From positions 124,001-188,000 of the IMG/VR virus record IMGVR_UViG_3300044974_001280: 64,000 bases of DNA. One strand, written 5' to 3'. Numbering within the stretch: the stretch's first letter is position 1; every line of letters starts with the position of its first letter. This document shows, one piece after another, positions 48,344 through 57,965 of the stretch. Under the pieces are notes generated by a model. The model did not search any database. It was not told where the DNA came from and saw only the letters and a list, made by a program, of their open reading frames with translations. The translations under genes and the position numbers were made by a program.

Positions 48344-48592
48344 ATGGAGACGAAAAATCACATTATTAATTCTCTCAAAAAAAGGCATCAGCTTTACACT
48401 GGATTACACGATGAGCAAATTAAGAAAGATCACCTCTGGGTGCTGAACCATCCCTTAAAAGGCTCGGTTAAAAAAGAATGGACTGATTTTGGGGTAAATT
48501 TAATTATGGCTGAAATGGGCTTGGATCAGAGATCCGCCGAGATTGAGATGTCTTTCTTGGAGCAAGAGTACGAATCTTTAGCCTCTAGATAG
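48344..48592 (+). CDS. Hypothetical protein
   Basis: 82-aa ORF. Confidence 0.5.
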   Translation: METKNHIINSLKKRHQLYTGLHDEQIKKDHLWVLNHPLKGSVKKEWTDFGVNLIMAEMGLDQRSAEIEMSFLEQEYESLASR

Positions 48593-48635
48593 GTTCACGA
48601 CACCCAGATTGGATATATAAAGGAAAAAATATCCA

Positions 48636-49223
48636 ATGCTATCAAGAATTTTACTTTTTGTCCTTTTTTTTCCTTTTTGTACATATTCACAAAGAGCATC
48701 TGTAGCGGTTAATGCGGGGGAATACTCTCTCGTTTACTCTGAAATATATCAGCAACCTCTAGAATTATCATACTCGGTCAGATGTACTGCGGCAAAGGAG
48801 AGCAGACAAGGATTGGATTTTTACCGGGTTGATTCCATCATTACCTCTGATCATGCGGATTACGAAAAGAATATCTGGGACAAAGGGCACCTAGCCCCGG
48901 CGGCTACTTTCAGTTGTTCTAAGGAGTCACTAGTAAGAACTTTCTCCTACCTCAACTGTGCTCTCCAACACCAAGATTTAAATCGGGGGGTTTGGAGAAT
49001 TTTAGAGGCCAAAGAGAGACAATTGGTAGCAGAATTTCATCAGGTCGACGTTCTCATTAAACTAGATTTTTCAGGGTCTCCTGAAAAATTAAGTACGGGA
49101 GCAACAGTTCCAACTGGTTTTTGGAAAATCCTAACCATCGACAAGAAAGAAAAAATAACTTATTATTTTCCAAATCGTAAGCCGGCCTTTACAGATCCTA
49201 AAAAATTTCAAATAGCAAATTAA
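48636..49223 (+). CDS. Secreted DNA/RNA non-specific endonuclease (NucA/His-Me finger)
   Basis: Signal peptide; DKGHLAP, N...Q...LNRGVW..LE, VPTGFWK; GATATATA 48612-48619. Confidence 0.85.
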   Translation: MLSRILLFVLFFPFCTYSQRASVAVNAGEYSLVYSEIYQQPLELSYSVRCTAAKESRQGLDFYRVDSIITSDHADYEKNIWDKGHLAPAATFSCSKESLVRTFSYLNCALQHQDLNRGVWRILEAKERQLVAEFHQVDVLIKLDFSGSPEKLSTGATVPTGFWKILTIDKKEKITYYFPNRKPAFTDPKKFQIAN

Positions 49224-49288
49224 AAAATTTGAAACCTTGTTGGTGATTCAATATATAAAGAAAGTTAAAACAAAAAACAAAAAAAACA

Positions 49289-49450
49289 ATGACAAAATCC
49301 CTGCTTACGCTCGCTCTCATTTCCATCCTAAGCTCCTGCGGTCCTGTAGTAGAAACTACAACTGATGAACCGGCAGTAGTTGAAGAAACCACTCCAGTTG
49401 ACACTACAACAGAAGCTACCGCCCCTGTTGATACAGTTTCAGCTCAATAA
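49289..49450 (+). CDS. Small lipoprotein (53 aa, absent from ORF track)
   Basis: MTKSLLTLALISILSS-C lipobox followed by T/E/P/V-rich tail; promoter before, terminator after. Confidence 0.7.
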   Translation: MTKSLLTLALISILSSCGPVVETTTDEPAVVEETTPVDTTTEATAPVDTVSAQ

Positions 49451-49464
49451 GATTTCTTCTCTTC

Positions 49465-49488
49465 AACCCAGCTTCGGCTGGGTTTTTT
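49465..49488 (+). terminator. Rho-independent terminator
   Basis: AACCCAGC-TTCG-GCTGGGTT followed by T run. Confidence 0.85.
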
Positions 49489-49513
49489 GTGATTAATTTA
49501 CAAATTTGAACTT

Positions 49514-50146
49514 ATGCATAGATCAGAAGTGATCAATCAGATTATCAGTACCAAAAAATTTAGCACCTACTTGGAGATAGGAGTAAGATGGCCTGAGGAT
49601 TGTTACGATTTAATTCAATGCGAAGAGAAATCTGGGGTCGATCCAGGTCTAGAAAATCCTGAAAATCCGGTCAAGTATCCGTTTACCTCTGATGAATTTT
49701 TTTCCAGGCTAGAAAATAATCTGTTGGATTTACCTCCTGATTATGAGTGGGATCTTATTTTTATCGACGGATTACACCTTTCTTACCAGGTAGAAAAAGA
49801 CATCTTAAATTCTTTGAATCACTTGACAGAAGAGGGAGTTATAGTTCTTCATGATTGTGATCCTTTTATGTATGAAGTAAATTACATTCGGGTCATCGAA
49901 GATTATCTTGGAGTAGCATGGAATGGAACAGTTTGGAAAACTATCTATAAGTTAAAGGCAACCAGGCCAGATCTGAATATTTGTACTGTTAATACCGACG
50001 AAGGTGTTGGACTGATCAAAAGGGAAAGCCAAGAGCTCGTTCCTTTCGATAACCCATATTTTGAGTATAAAATTTTCCAGCAAAATAGAACCAGAGATTT
50101 GAATTTAATTTCCCCTGAAAAAATATCTTCCTGGATTTTAGATTGA
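49514..50146 (+). CDS. Class I SAM-dependent methyltransferase (Methyltransf_24-like)
   Basis: YLEIGV, GVDP, DLIFIDGLH, IVLHD. Confidence 0.8.
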   Translation: MHRSEVINQIISTKKFSTYLEIGVRWPEDCYDLIQCEEKSGVDPGLENPENPVKYPFTSDEFFSRLENNLLDLPPDYEWDLIFIDGLHLSYQVEKDILNSLNHLTEEGVIVLHDCDPFMYEVNYIRVIEDYLGVAWNGTVWKTIYKLKATRPDLNICTVNTDEGVGLIKRESQELVPFDNPYFEYKIFQQNRTRDLNLISPEKISSWILD

Positions 50147-50206
50147 AACTTAAAATCCATCGAAAACTAATTCAGATTAGGCCGTATAATTTGAAAATTC
50201 ATCCCA

Positions 50207-50983
50207 TTGAAAACATTTCAAAAGCCCTCACAAGCCATCAAGTGGGCTAAGGAAAAATTGATCGATCACGGATATGTCGTACAGACCGAGAGATGGCAGG
50301 GTATACCTTCCCCTGACGACATGTGGGAAACCTTAAATACTTCTTTCTCTATGTTTGTCCCCCACACACTCGAAGAACTACGTGATGAGGTCAGACCTAA
50401 TCTTCCCTGGGCGGACGATCATTTTGAAGAAAGAATCGGGGGCCAGCCGCTGAATCCACCTCCTTCTAACGAATGGTGGCCTTTCAACCAAAAGAAGAAT
50501 TCCCAATTCAAAACAGAGGAGAAATTTTCTCACACTTATCCAGAAAGACTCTGGCCTAAATTTGCATCAGAAGAACCCAATTCGACCATGTTTGGCATTA
50601 GGTACAACTACGGTGACTTTGGTGATGTGATTGATTTGTTGGCAAGAGAACCTTTCACTAGACAGGCTTTTCTGCCCCTGTGGTTCCCGGAAGACACTGG
50701 ATCTGTCCACGGGGAACGAGTTCCTTGTACAATCGGCTATCATTTTATGAGAAGAGCGGATTATCTACACATCGTGTATTACATCAGGTCCTGTGACTAT
50801 CTCCGCCACTTTAGAGACGATATCTATATGGCTTGTCGGAAAGTTTTTTGGGTTCTAGAAAAATTGAGGGAAAGAAATCCCGAATCCTGGGGCGAGGTTA
50901 AACCTGGATTTTTTACCATGCACATCACTTCTTTGCATTGTTTCAATAAGGAGAAAGAAGTTCTAAGACAAAATAATAAATAA
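50207..50983 (+). CDS. Thymidylate-synthase homologue, probable dCMP hydroxymethylase/methylase
   Basis: TRQA, VPC catalytic Cys, RSCDYLRHFRDD, ITSLH. Confidence 0.75.
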   Translation: MKTFQKPSQAIKWAKEKLIDHGYVVQTERWQGIPSPDDMWETLNTSFSMFVPHTLEELRDEVRPNLPWADDHFEERIGGQPLNPPPSNEWWPFNQKKNSQFKTEEKFSHTYPERLWPKFASEEPNSTMFGIRYNYGDFGDVIDLLAREPFTRQAFLPLWFPEDTGSVHGERVPCTIGYHFMRRADYLHIVYYIRSCDYLRHFRDDIYMACRKVFWVLEKLRERNPESWGEVKPGFFTMHITSLHCFNKEKEVLRQNNK

Positions 50984-50990
50984 AAAAATT

Positions 50991-51920
50991 ATGATCTCTC
51001 TAAATCACATTTTACCGGATAGAAACGGGATAGACTTTACCAGTCATTTTGACGAGGAAAGGGAAATTGTAATTAAGTTTATAGATTCTCACACAAGATT
51101 GTGTTATTGGGGTGACATAATTAATGTTTTTCCCAAATGTTCATACTGGGTAGCATATAGCGGTAGAATCACAAAATTTATCACTTTTGTAGTAGAGGAT
51201 TTGCAAACTGGAGAAATCCTACTCGAAGTTTGTGATTACTCAGATACTTTTAGGCATGATATAAGAAATTTGGACCCAAAGAACAGGTTGAAAAATATAG
51301 GAAGTAATCTTTCAAAAAAAGACTTAGTAACAGGGCTTGTACTTTGGGAGATTTTTTTAAGTGGGGAATACAACCACGAACATTGTAAAGTGGAACCTGG
51401 AGATGTTGTTGTTGATATTGGGGCAAACATCGGTTTCTTTTCCTTTTTTTCGATTACAAAAGGAGCTGCACAAGTTCACTCGTTTGAACCAGACCCCAAG
51501 CTATCAAGTTTTATTCAAACAAACTTCGGTGATTTGCCAATTCATGTCCACAATTTAGCTGTGTGGTCGGAAAAAAAGGATTTGAAACTAAATATTCATG
51601 AGTCAAGTGTTTTGAATTCAGTTTCTGTTTCGTTCGATCACACCGATGAAAGTGTTTTTTGTCAAGGAGTTGTCCTGGAAGAATGGGCAAAAGAAAATGA
51701 GGTAAAAATAGATTTTTTAAAAATAGACTGCGAGGGAGGTGAATGGGAAATTTTTCCAAACATGAGCTCTGAATTTTTAAAGTCTATACCAAAGATAGTT
51801 TTGGAATATCATATTCATCCTCCGGATCAATTATTGCTTATCTTTTCAGAAAATGGATTTCAAACACACCACACTGGAAATATGATCTGGGCTTGGCAGA
51901 ATAAAAAGATCTTGTCTTAG
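50991..51920 (+). CDS. FkbM-family methyltransferase
   Basis: DIGANIG, SFEP, LKIDCEGGE, LEYH. Confidence 0.85.
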   Translation: MISLNHILPDRNGIDFTSHFDEEREIVIKFIDSHTRLCYWGDIINVFPKCSYWVAYSGRITKFITFVVEDLQTGEILLEVCDYSDTFRHDIRNLDPKNRLKNIGSNLSKKDLVTGLVLWEIFLSGEYNHEHCKVEPGDVVVDIGANIGFFSFFSITKGAAQVHSFEPDPKLSSFIQTNFGDLPIHVHNLAVWSEKKDLKLNIHESSVLNSVSVSFDHTDESVFCQGVVLEEWAKENEVKIDFLKIDCEGGEWEIFPNMSSEFLKSIPKIVLEYHIHPPDQLLLIFSENGFQTHHTGNMIWAWQNKKILS

Positions 51921-51921
51921 C

Positions 51922-53043
51922 ATGAATTCTGATAATTTAATAGGAGAAAAAATATCAGATAAAAAGTTCTGTGTCATCATAGATGCATATCCCCAAACCA
52001 CGGAGGAACAAGAAATTCTTCTGGCCAATCTAAAAATTTTTCAACAAAATGAGATAGACGTTCTTTTAACTAGCCACCATCCATGTACTCCCGAGATTAT
52101 TGAAAACACTACTTATTTTATTTTTGAAAGGAAAAACAATTATCATTTCCTTGATTCAGACATTCTAAATTACAATCTAGAGGGAATACAAAATCCAGTT
52201 TACCTGAAATACATTCAAATAGGAAATGAAATGTTTAGAGACCATTTGGTTGTTACCGGTTGGTCGGTTTCCATTGTCTCCCAATTTGTTAATTCGATTA
52301 AATTTTTGTGGTCAAAGGGATATGAATTTGCCTTTTATTTTGTTGGAGATTTCAAATGTCCGGATAATATTCAACAAAAATTCTCTGAAATTTTTTCGAA
52401 TTTAGGGGAGCACAAAAATTACTTTATAAAAAATAATCCAAATTTTAGTAGCTGGTATTGCCCACACCTTTTTGGGTTTACTTTGGACGAAAGTTTGATT
52501 CAAAAAATTCCAAATCTCGATTTTTCGGATAATTCCAATTTTCAAAAGATTTTTCCCAATTGTGGTCTTGAAGATGTGATGCTAAAACTTTTTGGCGGGG
52601 ATAATAATCTAGTTGATGAACATTCCGAGATGGATAAATTTTTCGGATTCGGAAATTGGAATACAGTAAGTTCGATCATAAAACCTGGGCCAAGCGCTTT
52701 ACATTTCACCACAACTTCTTCACTATTCTGGAAGGAAGATCTATCGGATTGTTATTTACTTTTAAATGTTGAACCAGGTTGCCCTTGTAATGAAGTCAGC
52801 TTCTCCATTAAGATTATTACTGAAAATTCAGAAGAAATTTTCCATCGCGAAATAATTCTAGGAAAGGGAGGGTGGTACAAAGAAAAATTGAATGATTTGT
52901 TTGTAGATGGGGACTCTGTAGTTTTCACAAAAAAATTACATAATATAGAAGATGAAACATGTCAATTCACAGATTCTATAAAAATTAAAAGAGAAAACTT
53001 GTCTAAATATGCTTTGGTAAAAAATTACTATAAAATCGAATGA
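51922..53043 (+). CDS. Putative glycosyltransferase-like protein
   Basis: LTSHHP...YFIFE..N; paralog of 45859. Confidence 0.4.
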   Translation: MNSDNLIGEKISDKKFCVIIDAYPQTTEEQEILLANLKIFQQNEIDVLLTSHHPCTPEIIENTTYFIFERKNNYHFLDSDILNYNLEGIQNPVYLKYIQIGNEMFRDHLVVTGWSVSIVSQFVNSIKFLWSKGYEFAFYFVGDFKCPDNIQQKFSEIFSNLGEHKNYFIKNNPNFSSWYCPHLFGFTLDESLIQKIPNLDFSDNSNFQKIFPNCGLEDVMLKLFGGDNNLVDEHSEMDKFFGFGNWNTVSSIIKPGPSALHFTTTSSLFWKEDLSDCYLLLNVEPGCPCNEVSFSIKIITENSEEIFHREIILGKGGWYKEKLNDLFVDGDSVVFTKKLHNIEDETCQFTDSIKIKRENLSKYALVKNYYKIE

Positions 53044-53810
53044 AAAGAAAAGAAATAAGTGTTATAATGCCGGTCTACAATTATGCTTATTTTTTAGATC
53101 GTGCTTTTTTTTCCGTTTACGTGCAAAAAATCGACTGCAATATTCATTTTATAGCCTGCGATGACTGTTCTACAGATCAAAGTCTGGCTATTTTACACAG
53201 ATTAAAAAATTTTGAAAACGAAAATTTTAAAATTTCGATATTTTCCAATAAAGAAAACAAAGGATTTATAGAAACCGTTATTTTTCTTCTCAAAAATTGT
53301 TCAACTTCTTATGTTGCTTATATAGACCCAGATGATTATTGGATAGATCCATATAAACTAAAAAAACAATTTGATTTTTTAGAAAATAATCCTGATTTTT
53401 CTCTCGTTAGCACTGGATATTTGATTAGTGAAGGAAGAAAATTGGTTCCCTCGGCGGATGGGAGCTTTTGGATTGCTGCTATGACAGAGTATAACTCCGT
53501 TTTACATCCAATTAGTGACGGAGAAATTGACAAAAAACTTTTACATCATAGTAACTTGTGCTACTCATCATCAAGATTTTTTAGAAATTTCACTGACATT
53601 GATTTAAGTTATGTTAAAAATAAGCATTTCATAGATTGGGCTACCAATTTTGAATTATCTCTTCGCGGTAGAATAGGATATCTTGATTATCCATCATTTG
53701 TTTATGAAAAAAAAGAAGATTCAATGTCATCTAAAGCTCAAACTGAAATAACAGAAAAAGATTTAGATGAAATTAAATCGATTTTCAATCAAAAATTTCA
53801 TAATTTTTAA
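53040..53810 (+). CDS. GT2-family glycosyltransferase
   Basis: VIMPVYN, DDCSTD, YIDPDDYWIDPYKL; paralog of 47553. Confidence 0.9.
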   Translation: MKRKEISVIMPVYNYAYFLDRAFFSVYVQKIDCNIHFIACDDCSTDQSLAILHRLKNFENENFKISIFSNKENKGFIETVIFLLKNCSTSYVAYIDPDDYWIDPYKLKKQFDFLENNPDFSLVSTGYLISEGRKLVPSADGSFWIAAMTEYNSVLHPISDGEIDKKLLHHSNLCYSSSRFFRNFTDIDLSYVKNKHFIDWATNFELSLRGRIGYLDYPSFVYEKKEDSMSSKAQTEITEKDLDEIKSIFNQKFHNF

Positions 53811-53821
53811 ATTTTTTAAGA

Positions 53822-54982
53822 ATGAAAAATATTCAATTATTCAAACCTAAGTTCAGAACATCAGAAATCTGGGAACATATGCAAGAGTGTATGGAAATAG
53901 GATGGACAGGTTTAGGTTTTAAAACTCAGCAGATTGAAGAAGAATGGAAAAAATACACCGGATTTAAGCATGCGCATTTTCTAAATTCGAACACCTCTGG
54001 TTTGCATCTTGCCTTAAAAATTTTAAAAGACGCCAATAAATGGAAAGAAGGAGACGAGATTATCACGTCCCCCTTAACTTTTGTGTCTTCAAATCACGCA
54101 ATAATGTACGAAAGACTGAGACCAATCTTTGCAGACGTAGATGAATTTCTATGTCTGGATCCAAAATCAGTAGAATCAAAAATCACCAAAAAAACCAAAG
54201 CTGTTTTATTTGTGGGAATTGGGGGTAATGCCGGGAGGTTCGATGAAATAGTAAATTTTTGCCAACGCAAAGGCCTTAAAATTATTTTAGATGCCGCACA
54301 TATGGCTGGAACCTGGATAAAAAACAAAACAGAGGTTGGTGTTGGTTACTCGAAAGATCATGTTGGTTTAGATGCTGATGTTTCTATTTTTAGTTTTCAG
54401 GCGGTCAAAAATCTTCCGACCGCAGATTCGGGAATGATCTGTTTCAAGAATGAAGATTATGACGTATTAGCCAGAAAATTATCTTGGCTTGGAATTTCTA
54501 AAGACACTTACCAAAGATCACACGACAAAGGAAGTTATAAATGGGAATATGATCTCGTTGATGTTGGTTTCAAATATCATGGTAATTCTATGATGGCTTC
54601 GATGGCTTTAGTTGGTTTGAAATATCTTGAAGAGGATAACACCAGAAGAAGAGAAATCTGCCAAATGTATGAAAAGTCATTTCAATCTGCAGGCATCCAG
54701 TCAGTTAAAGTTTCTCCGTACACAGAACTTTCTTCTAGGCATTTGTATCAAATTGTTGTGGAAGAAAGAAACAAAACTATGGAATTTTTAAATATTCGTG
54801 GGATATATCCAGGAGTTCATTATCGTGATAATACCCATTATGATATGTACAAATCACAATTTGGGTTGAATCCGAATTCATTGAACCTGAGCGAGAAAAT
54901 TATTAGTTTACCTTTACATTTATTTTTAACCGATGATGATATTGAATTTGTGATTCAAAACGTTATCGAATCACAAAAATAA
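53822..54982 (+). CDS. DegT/DnrJ/EryC1/StrS PLP-dependent sugar aminotransferase
   Basis: SNTSGLHLAL, GDEII, DAAH, FSFQAVKNL...SGM. Confidence 0.9.
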   Translation: MKNIQLFKPKFRTSEIWEHMQECMEIGWTGLGFKTQQIEEEWKKYTGFKHAHFLNSNTSGLHLALKILKDANKWKEGDEIITSPLTFVSSNHAIMYERLRPIFADVDEFLCLDPKSVESKITKKTKAVLFVGIGGNAGRFDEIVNFCQRKGLKIILDAAHMAGTWIKNKTEVGVGYSKDHVGLDADVSIFSFQAVKNLPTADSGMICFKNEDYDVLARKLSWLGISKDTYQRSHDKGSYKWEYDLVDVGFKYHGNSMMASMALVGLKYLEEDNTRRREICQMYEKSFQSAGIQSVKVSPYTELSSRHLYQIVVEERNKTMEFLNIRGIYPGVHYRDNTHYDMYKSQFGLNPNSLNLSEKIISLPLHLFLTDDDIEFVIQNVIESQK

Positions 54983-54987
54983 CATTT

Positions 54988-55392
54988 ATGACCATTCGCG
55001 AATTTCAGAAGGGAGATGAAGCTGGATTACTGGAAATCTTGAAGGAGACCTGGTACATCACAGAAATACAAGAAAACGTTTTATCTGAATGGATGACAAA
55101 TAATTACAATTTTGTTGCGGTTGAAGAACAAGAAATCATAGGAACAATTACACTCCATCTCCAAAGAAAATTAATCCGAAATGGCGGGTTAGCAGGATTC
55201 ATTGAAGATGTGGCGGTGAAAGAAAAATTTAGAGGTAATAAAATTGGTTTTTTATTGGTTCAAAAAGCTTTGGAAAAAGCCAGGGATCTTGGATGTTATA
55301 AGGTTATTCTATCCTGTTTCGATGAGAGAATTAATTTCTATGAAAGATGTGGATTTTTCAGGGAGTGCAATACTATGAGAGTGGATCTTTAA
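54988..55392 (+). CDS. GNAT acetyltransferase, glucosamine-6-phosphate N-acetyltransferase (GNA1)-like
   Basis: KLIRNGG..GFIEDVAV...RG.KIG, GCYKVIL, FYERCGF. Confidence 0.8.
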   Translation: MTIREFQKGDEAGLLEILKETWYITEIQENVLSEWMTNNYNFVAVEEQEIIGTITLHLQRKLIRNGGLAGFIEDVAVKEKFRGNKIGFLLVQKALEKARDLGCYKVILSCFDERINFYERCGFFRECNTMRVDL

Positions 55393-55402
55393 AATAAAAA
55401 AA

Positions 55403-56044
55403 ATGAACAATTCATACAACTTAAATTTAGATGGTATCATGGATGGACATCTAAAAACTTTATATAGAGGAATTATAACTGAAAAATCCCCATTTGATTA
55501 CGTAATGTATCAAATGATAATTAATGAAATAAGACCCGATTTGATAATAGAAATAGGGACTAATTATGGAGGATCGTGTCTGTATTTGGGTGATATTTTA
55601 AATAATATAGGTAAAGGTATGGTTCATACTGTGGATATTCAGGATGAAACTTTTTTATCAAATTCCGAAGAAAAGAGGGGTTTGATTAATCGACATCCAA
55701 GAATTCAGAGATTCTTGGGAGGTTATCAAGAATACAACTTGGATTATGCATCCTCATTTAAAAAAATTATGTTGATTGAAGATGGGTCACACAACTATAA
55801 CGATGTTTTGTCTGTGATGAATAAATTCAAAGATTTAATCAGCGAAGATTCCTATATGATCGTTGAAGACGGAACTGTGAATTGGATGGGCATCGAAAAA
55901 AACTATGACGGAGGTCCTCTTAGAGCGATAGAAGAATTTTTACCACAAAATCCACAATTCGAAATAGATAGAAAATGGTGTGATTTTTATGGTTACAATG
56001 TCACTTTTAATCCAAATGGATATTTAAAAAAAATTAATTTTTAA
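55403..56044 (+). CDS. CmcI/cephalosporin-hydroxylase-family O-methyltransferase
   Basis: KSPFD..MYQ, PDLIIEIGT..GGS, EDGSH, IVED, NPNGYL. Confidence 0.85.
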   Translation: MNNSYNLNLDGIMDGHLKTLYRGIITEKSPFDYVMYQMIINEIRPDLIIEIGTNYGGSCLYLGDILNNIGKGMVHTVDIQDETFLSNSEEKRGLINRHPRIQRFLGGYQEYNLDYASSFKKIMLIEDGSHNYNDVLSVMNKFKDLISEDSYMIVEDGTVNWMGIEKNYDGGPLRAIEEFLPQNPQFEIDRKWCDFYGYNVTFNPNGYLKKINF

Positions 56045-56051
56045 AAGAATT

Positions 56052-56978
56052 ATGAAAAAATTAGTTTTAATTAGTTCTCATTGTGATTCAGAAGAAAAAA
56101 GAAAAGTTCTAAAAATTAATTTGGAACTTTTAAGGCAAATAGACACATCTATTTTGCTTTATTCGTCTATTCATCTGGAAAGAGACATTCTAAACTTAGT
56201 TGATTTTTATTTTTTCAACCCAAATAACCCATTAAAAGAGGATTCTTCTAACCTTTTTTGGAAAGAAGAATTTTTTGGAGCGAAAAAAATTAAATTTTAC
56301 AGATTTTGGAGAAATAACCGTTTTGCTGGGTTTTCTCAGGTTCTGAAATTAGTTCAACTTGCAAGGATTCTAAATTATGACATGAATTATTTTATGCTAT
56401 ATGATTTGGTCATCGATAATCAAATTTTAAATTTCATCAAATACAAAAACCAAGAATCTTTTTTTGCTTTTAGAACAACCGAAAATGGAAAAAAATTAAT
56501 TAATGATTGTGCTTCCCAATTTTTTTCCGTCTCACAATCAAAATTAGAAAATCTAGAATCTGAATTTATTTGGGAAAGATGTTTGGAGTTTGATTGTGCG
56601 GAACACTTTTGGGCAGATCTTGCCCAAAAAATTAATGTTTCAATTAACAGGGATTTTATTATCGAAGATCATATTTACACTTTTCGTAATTGGCACGAAG
56701 ATTTTTACAATTATTCTCCCTGGCAGGAATTCAAAATTTATTTCTCCAAAAATGTTGGCACCGCAGATCCCCAACACTGTTTGGTTTACGATGTGAAACA
56801 ACCCTTGGAAATCTTTATAAGAAAGGATAACGATATCCAAAAGATGACAATATCAGAGTTCCAACAATTTGAGATTGATCCTAGTTTACAAAAATTCGAG
56901 TTTTGGAGAAATGGTAAAATTTTTGACGTTTTGGATCAAGCCGAAAAGTTTCCAGGAGGAGGATGGGAATTTGTATGA
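56052..56978 (+). CDS. Putative glycosyltransferase-like protein
   Basis: N-terminus related to 45859 and 51922. Confidence 0.4.
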   Translation: MKKLVLISSHCDSEEKRKVLKINLELLRQIDTSILLYSSIHLERDILNLVDFYFFNPNNPLKEDSSNLFWKEEFFGAKKIKFYRFWRNNRFAGFSQVLKLVQLARILNYDMNYFMLYDLVIDNQILNFIKYKNQESFFAFRTTENGKKLINDCASQFFSVSQSKLENLESEFIWERCLEFDCAEHFWADLAQKINVSINRDFIIEDHIYTFRNWHEDFYNYSPWQEFKIYFSKNVGTADPQHCLVYDVKQPLEIFIRKDNDIQKMTISEFQQFEIDPSLQKFEFWRNGKIFDVLDQAEKFPGGGWEFV

Positions 56979-57964
56979 AAAGAGCTTTTATTACACATGC
57001 CACTGAAAATTATCTAGACATAGCCAAAAATTTAGCTACAAGTATAGAACTCTTCTCTAAATTTCCTATTATTGTTTGCGGTGTAAATTGCTCTCCTGAT
57101 GCGTCCCTTTTCTTTAAAGGACTGGAAAAAGTTATCTTTAGAAATTTAGATCTAGAACTGGATGAAGACTACCTAGATAATTTTACTCATCAAGCTAATG
57201 GTAATTTTTACGTTACCAGAGAAAATCCAAAAATTTATAAAATTTTATGTGCTAAGACTATGGCTATGCAGCTGGCTTTAGAAGAAGGTTTCGAAGAGCT
57301 CTGCTACTTAGATTCGGATTGTATAGCTTCTCCTATAATCGACGAAATGTTCGATTGGATGCCCATCGTAAAAGACTACCCAGTTTGCACGGAGGGCATT
57401 CATCAATATATGATCATAGTCGAGCCAAATGGGTTTGAAAGAGGAAATCCATTTGAAGGGTGCTGGCCAAAGGCCGATTTAACCAAAACCCTAGAATGGC
57501 CTTTAATGCAATTTTTAGAAATGCCTGCGGAATCTAGGGGAACCTACAGAACAACCAACGTTATACTCTGTAATTCATCTTGTTTGAATTTTGTTAAAAC
57601 ATGGAGGGAATTCTGTTTTCTGCTTCCCAAATTGAAAATTAGTTTATCTAGGGTTGCCGCTTTTCACGAAGAGACAATCTACAACGTTTTATCGTGGAAA
57701 AAAACCAACGAAGGATTTCCACTATGCTATATAAATTTAAGAGATGGGATCAACACGGTTTGTCATTTTTATGAAGAGGGACATCCAGGATTTTCCACCT
57801 GGATGTCGGAGGAAAATAAGGACTATTCTCTTAATTTTTATAGAATTCCTCCTTCTAAAAGGGACATCAAGGTTCTCCACGGCGAGAAAAGACCGGAAGA
57901 ATTTCTGAAAATTTTAGATTATTTGAAACATCTCCAGCAATCTAATTATTTTAACACTTTATAA
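56975..57964 (+). CDS. Putative GT-A fold glycosyltransferase
   Basis: YLDSD DxD motif, EETIYN, LHGEK. Confidence 0.6.
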   Translation: MKRAFITHATENYLDIAKNLATSIELFSKFPIIVCGVNCSPDASLFFKGLEKVIFRNLDLELDEDYLDNFTHQANGNFYVTRENPKIYKILCAKTMAMQLALEEGFEELCYLDSDCIASPIIDEMFDWMPIVKDYPVCTEGIHQYMIIVEPNGFERGNPFEGCWPKADLTKTLEWPLMQFLEMPAESRGTYRTTNVILCNSSCLNFVKTWREFCFLLPKLKISLSRVAAFHEETIYNVLSWKKTNEGFPLCYINLRDGINTVCHFYEEGHPGFSTWMSEENKDYSLNFYRIPPSKRDIKVLHGEKRPEEFLKILDYLKHLQQSNYFNTL

Positions 57965-57965
57965 C

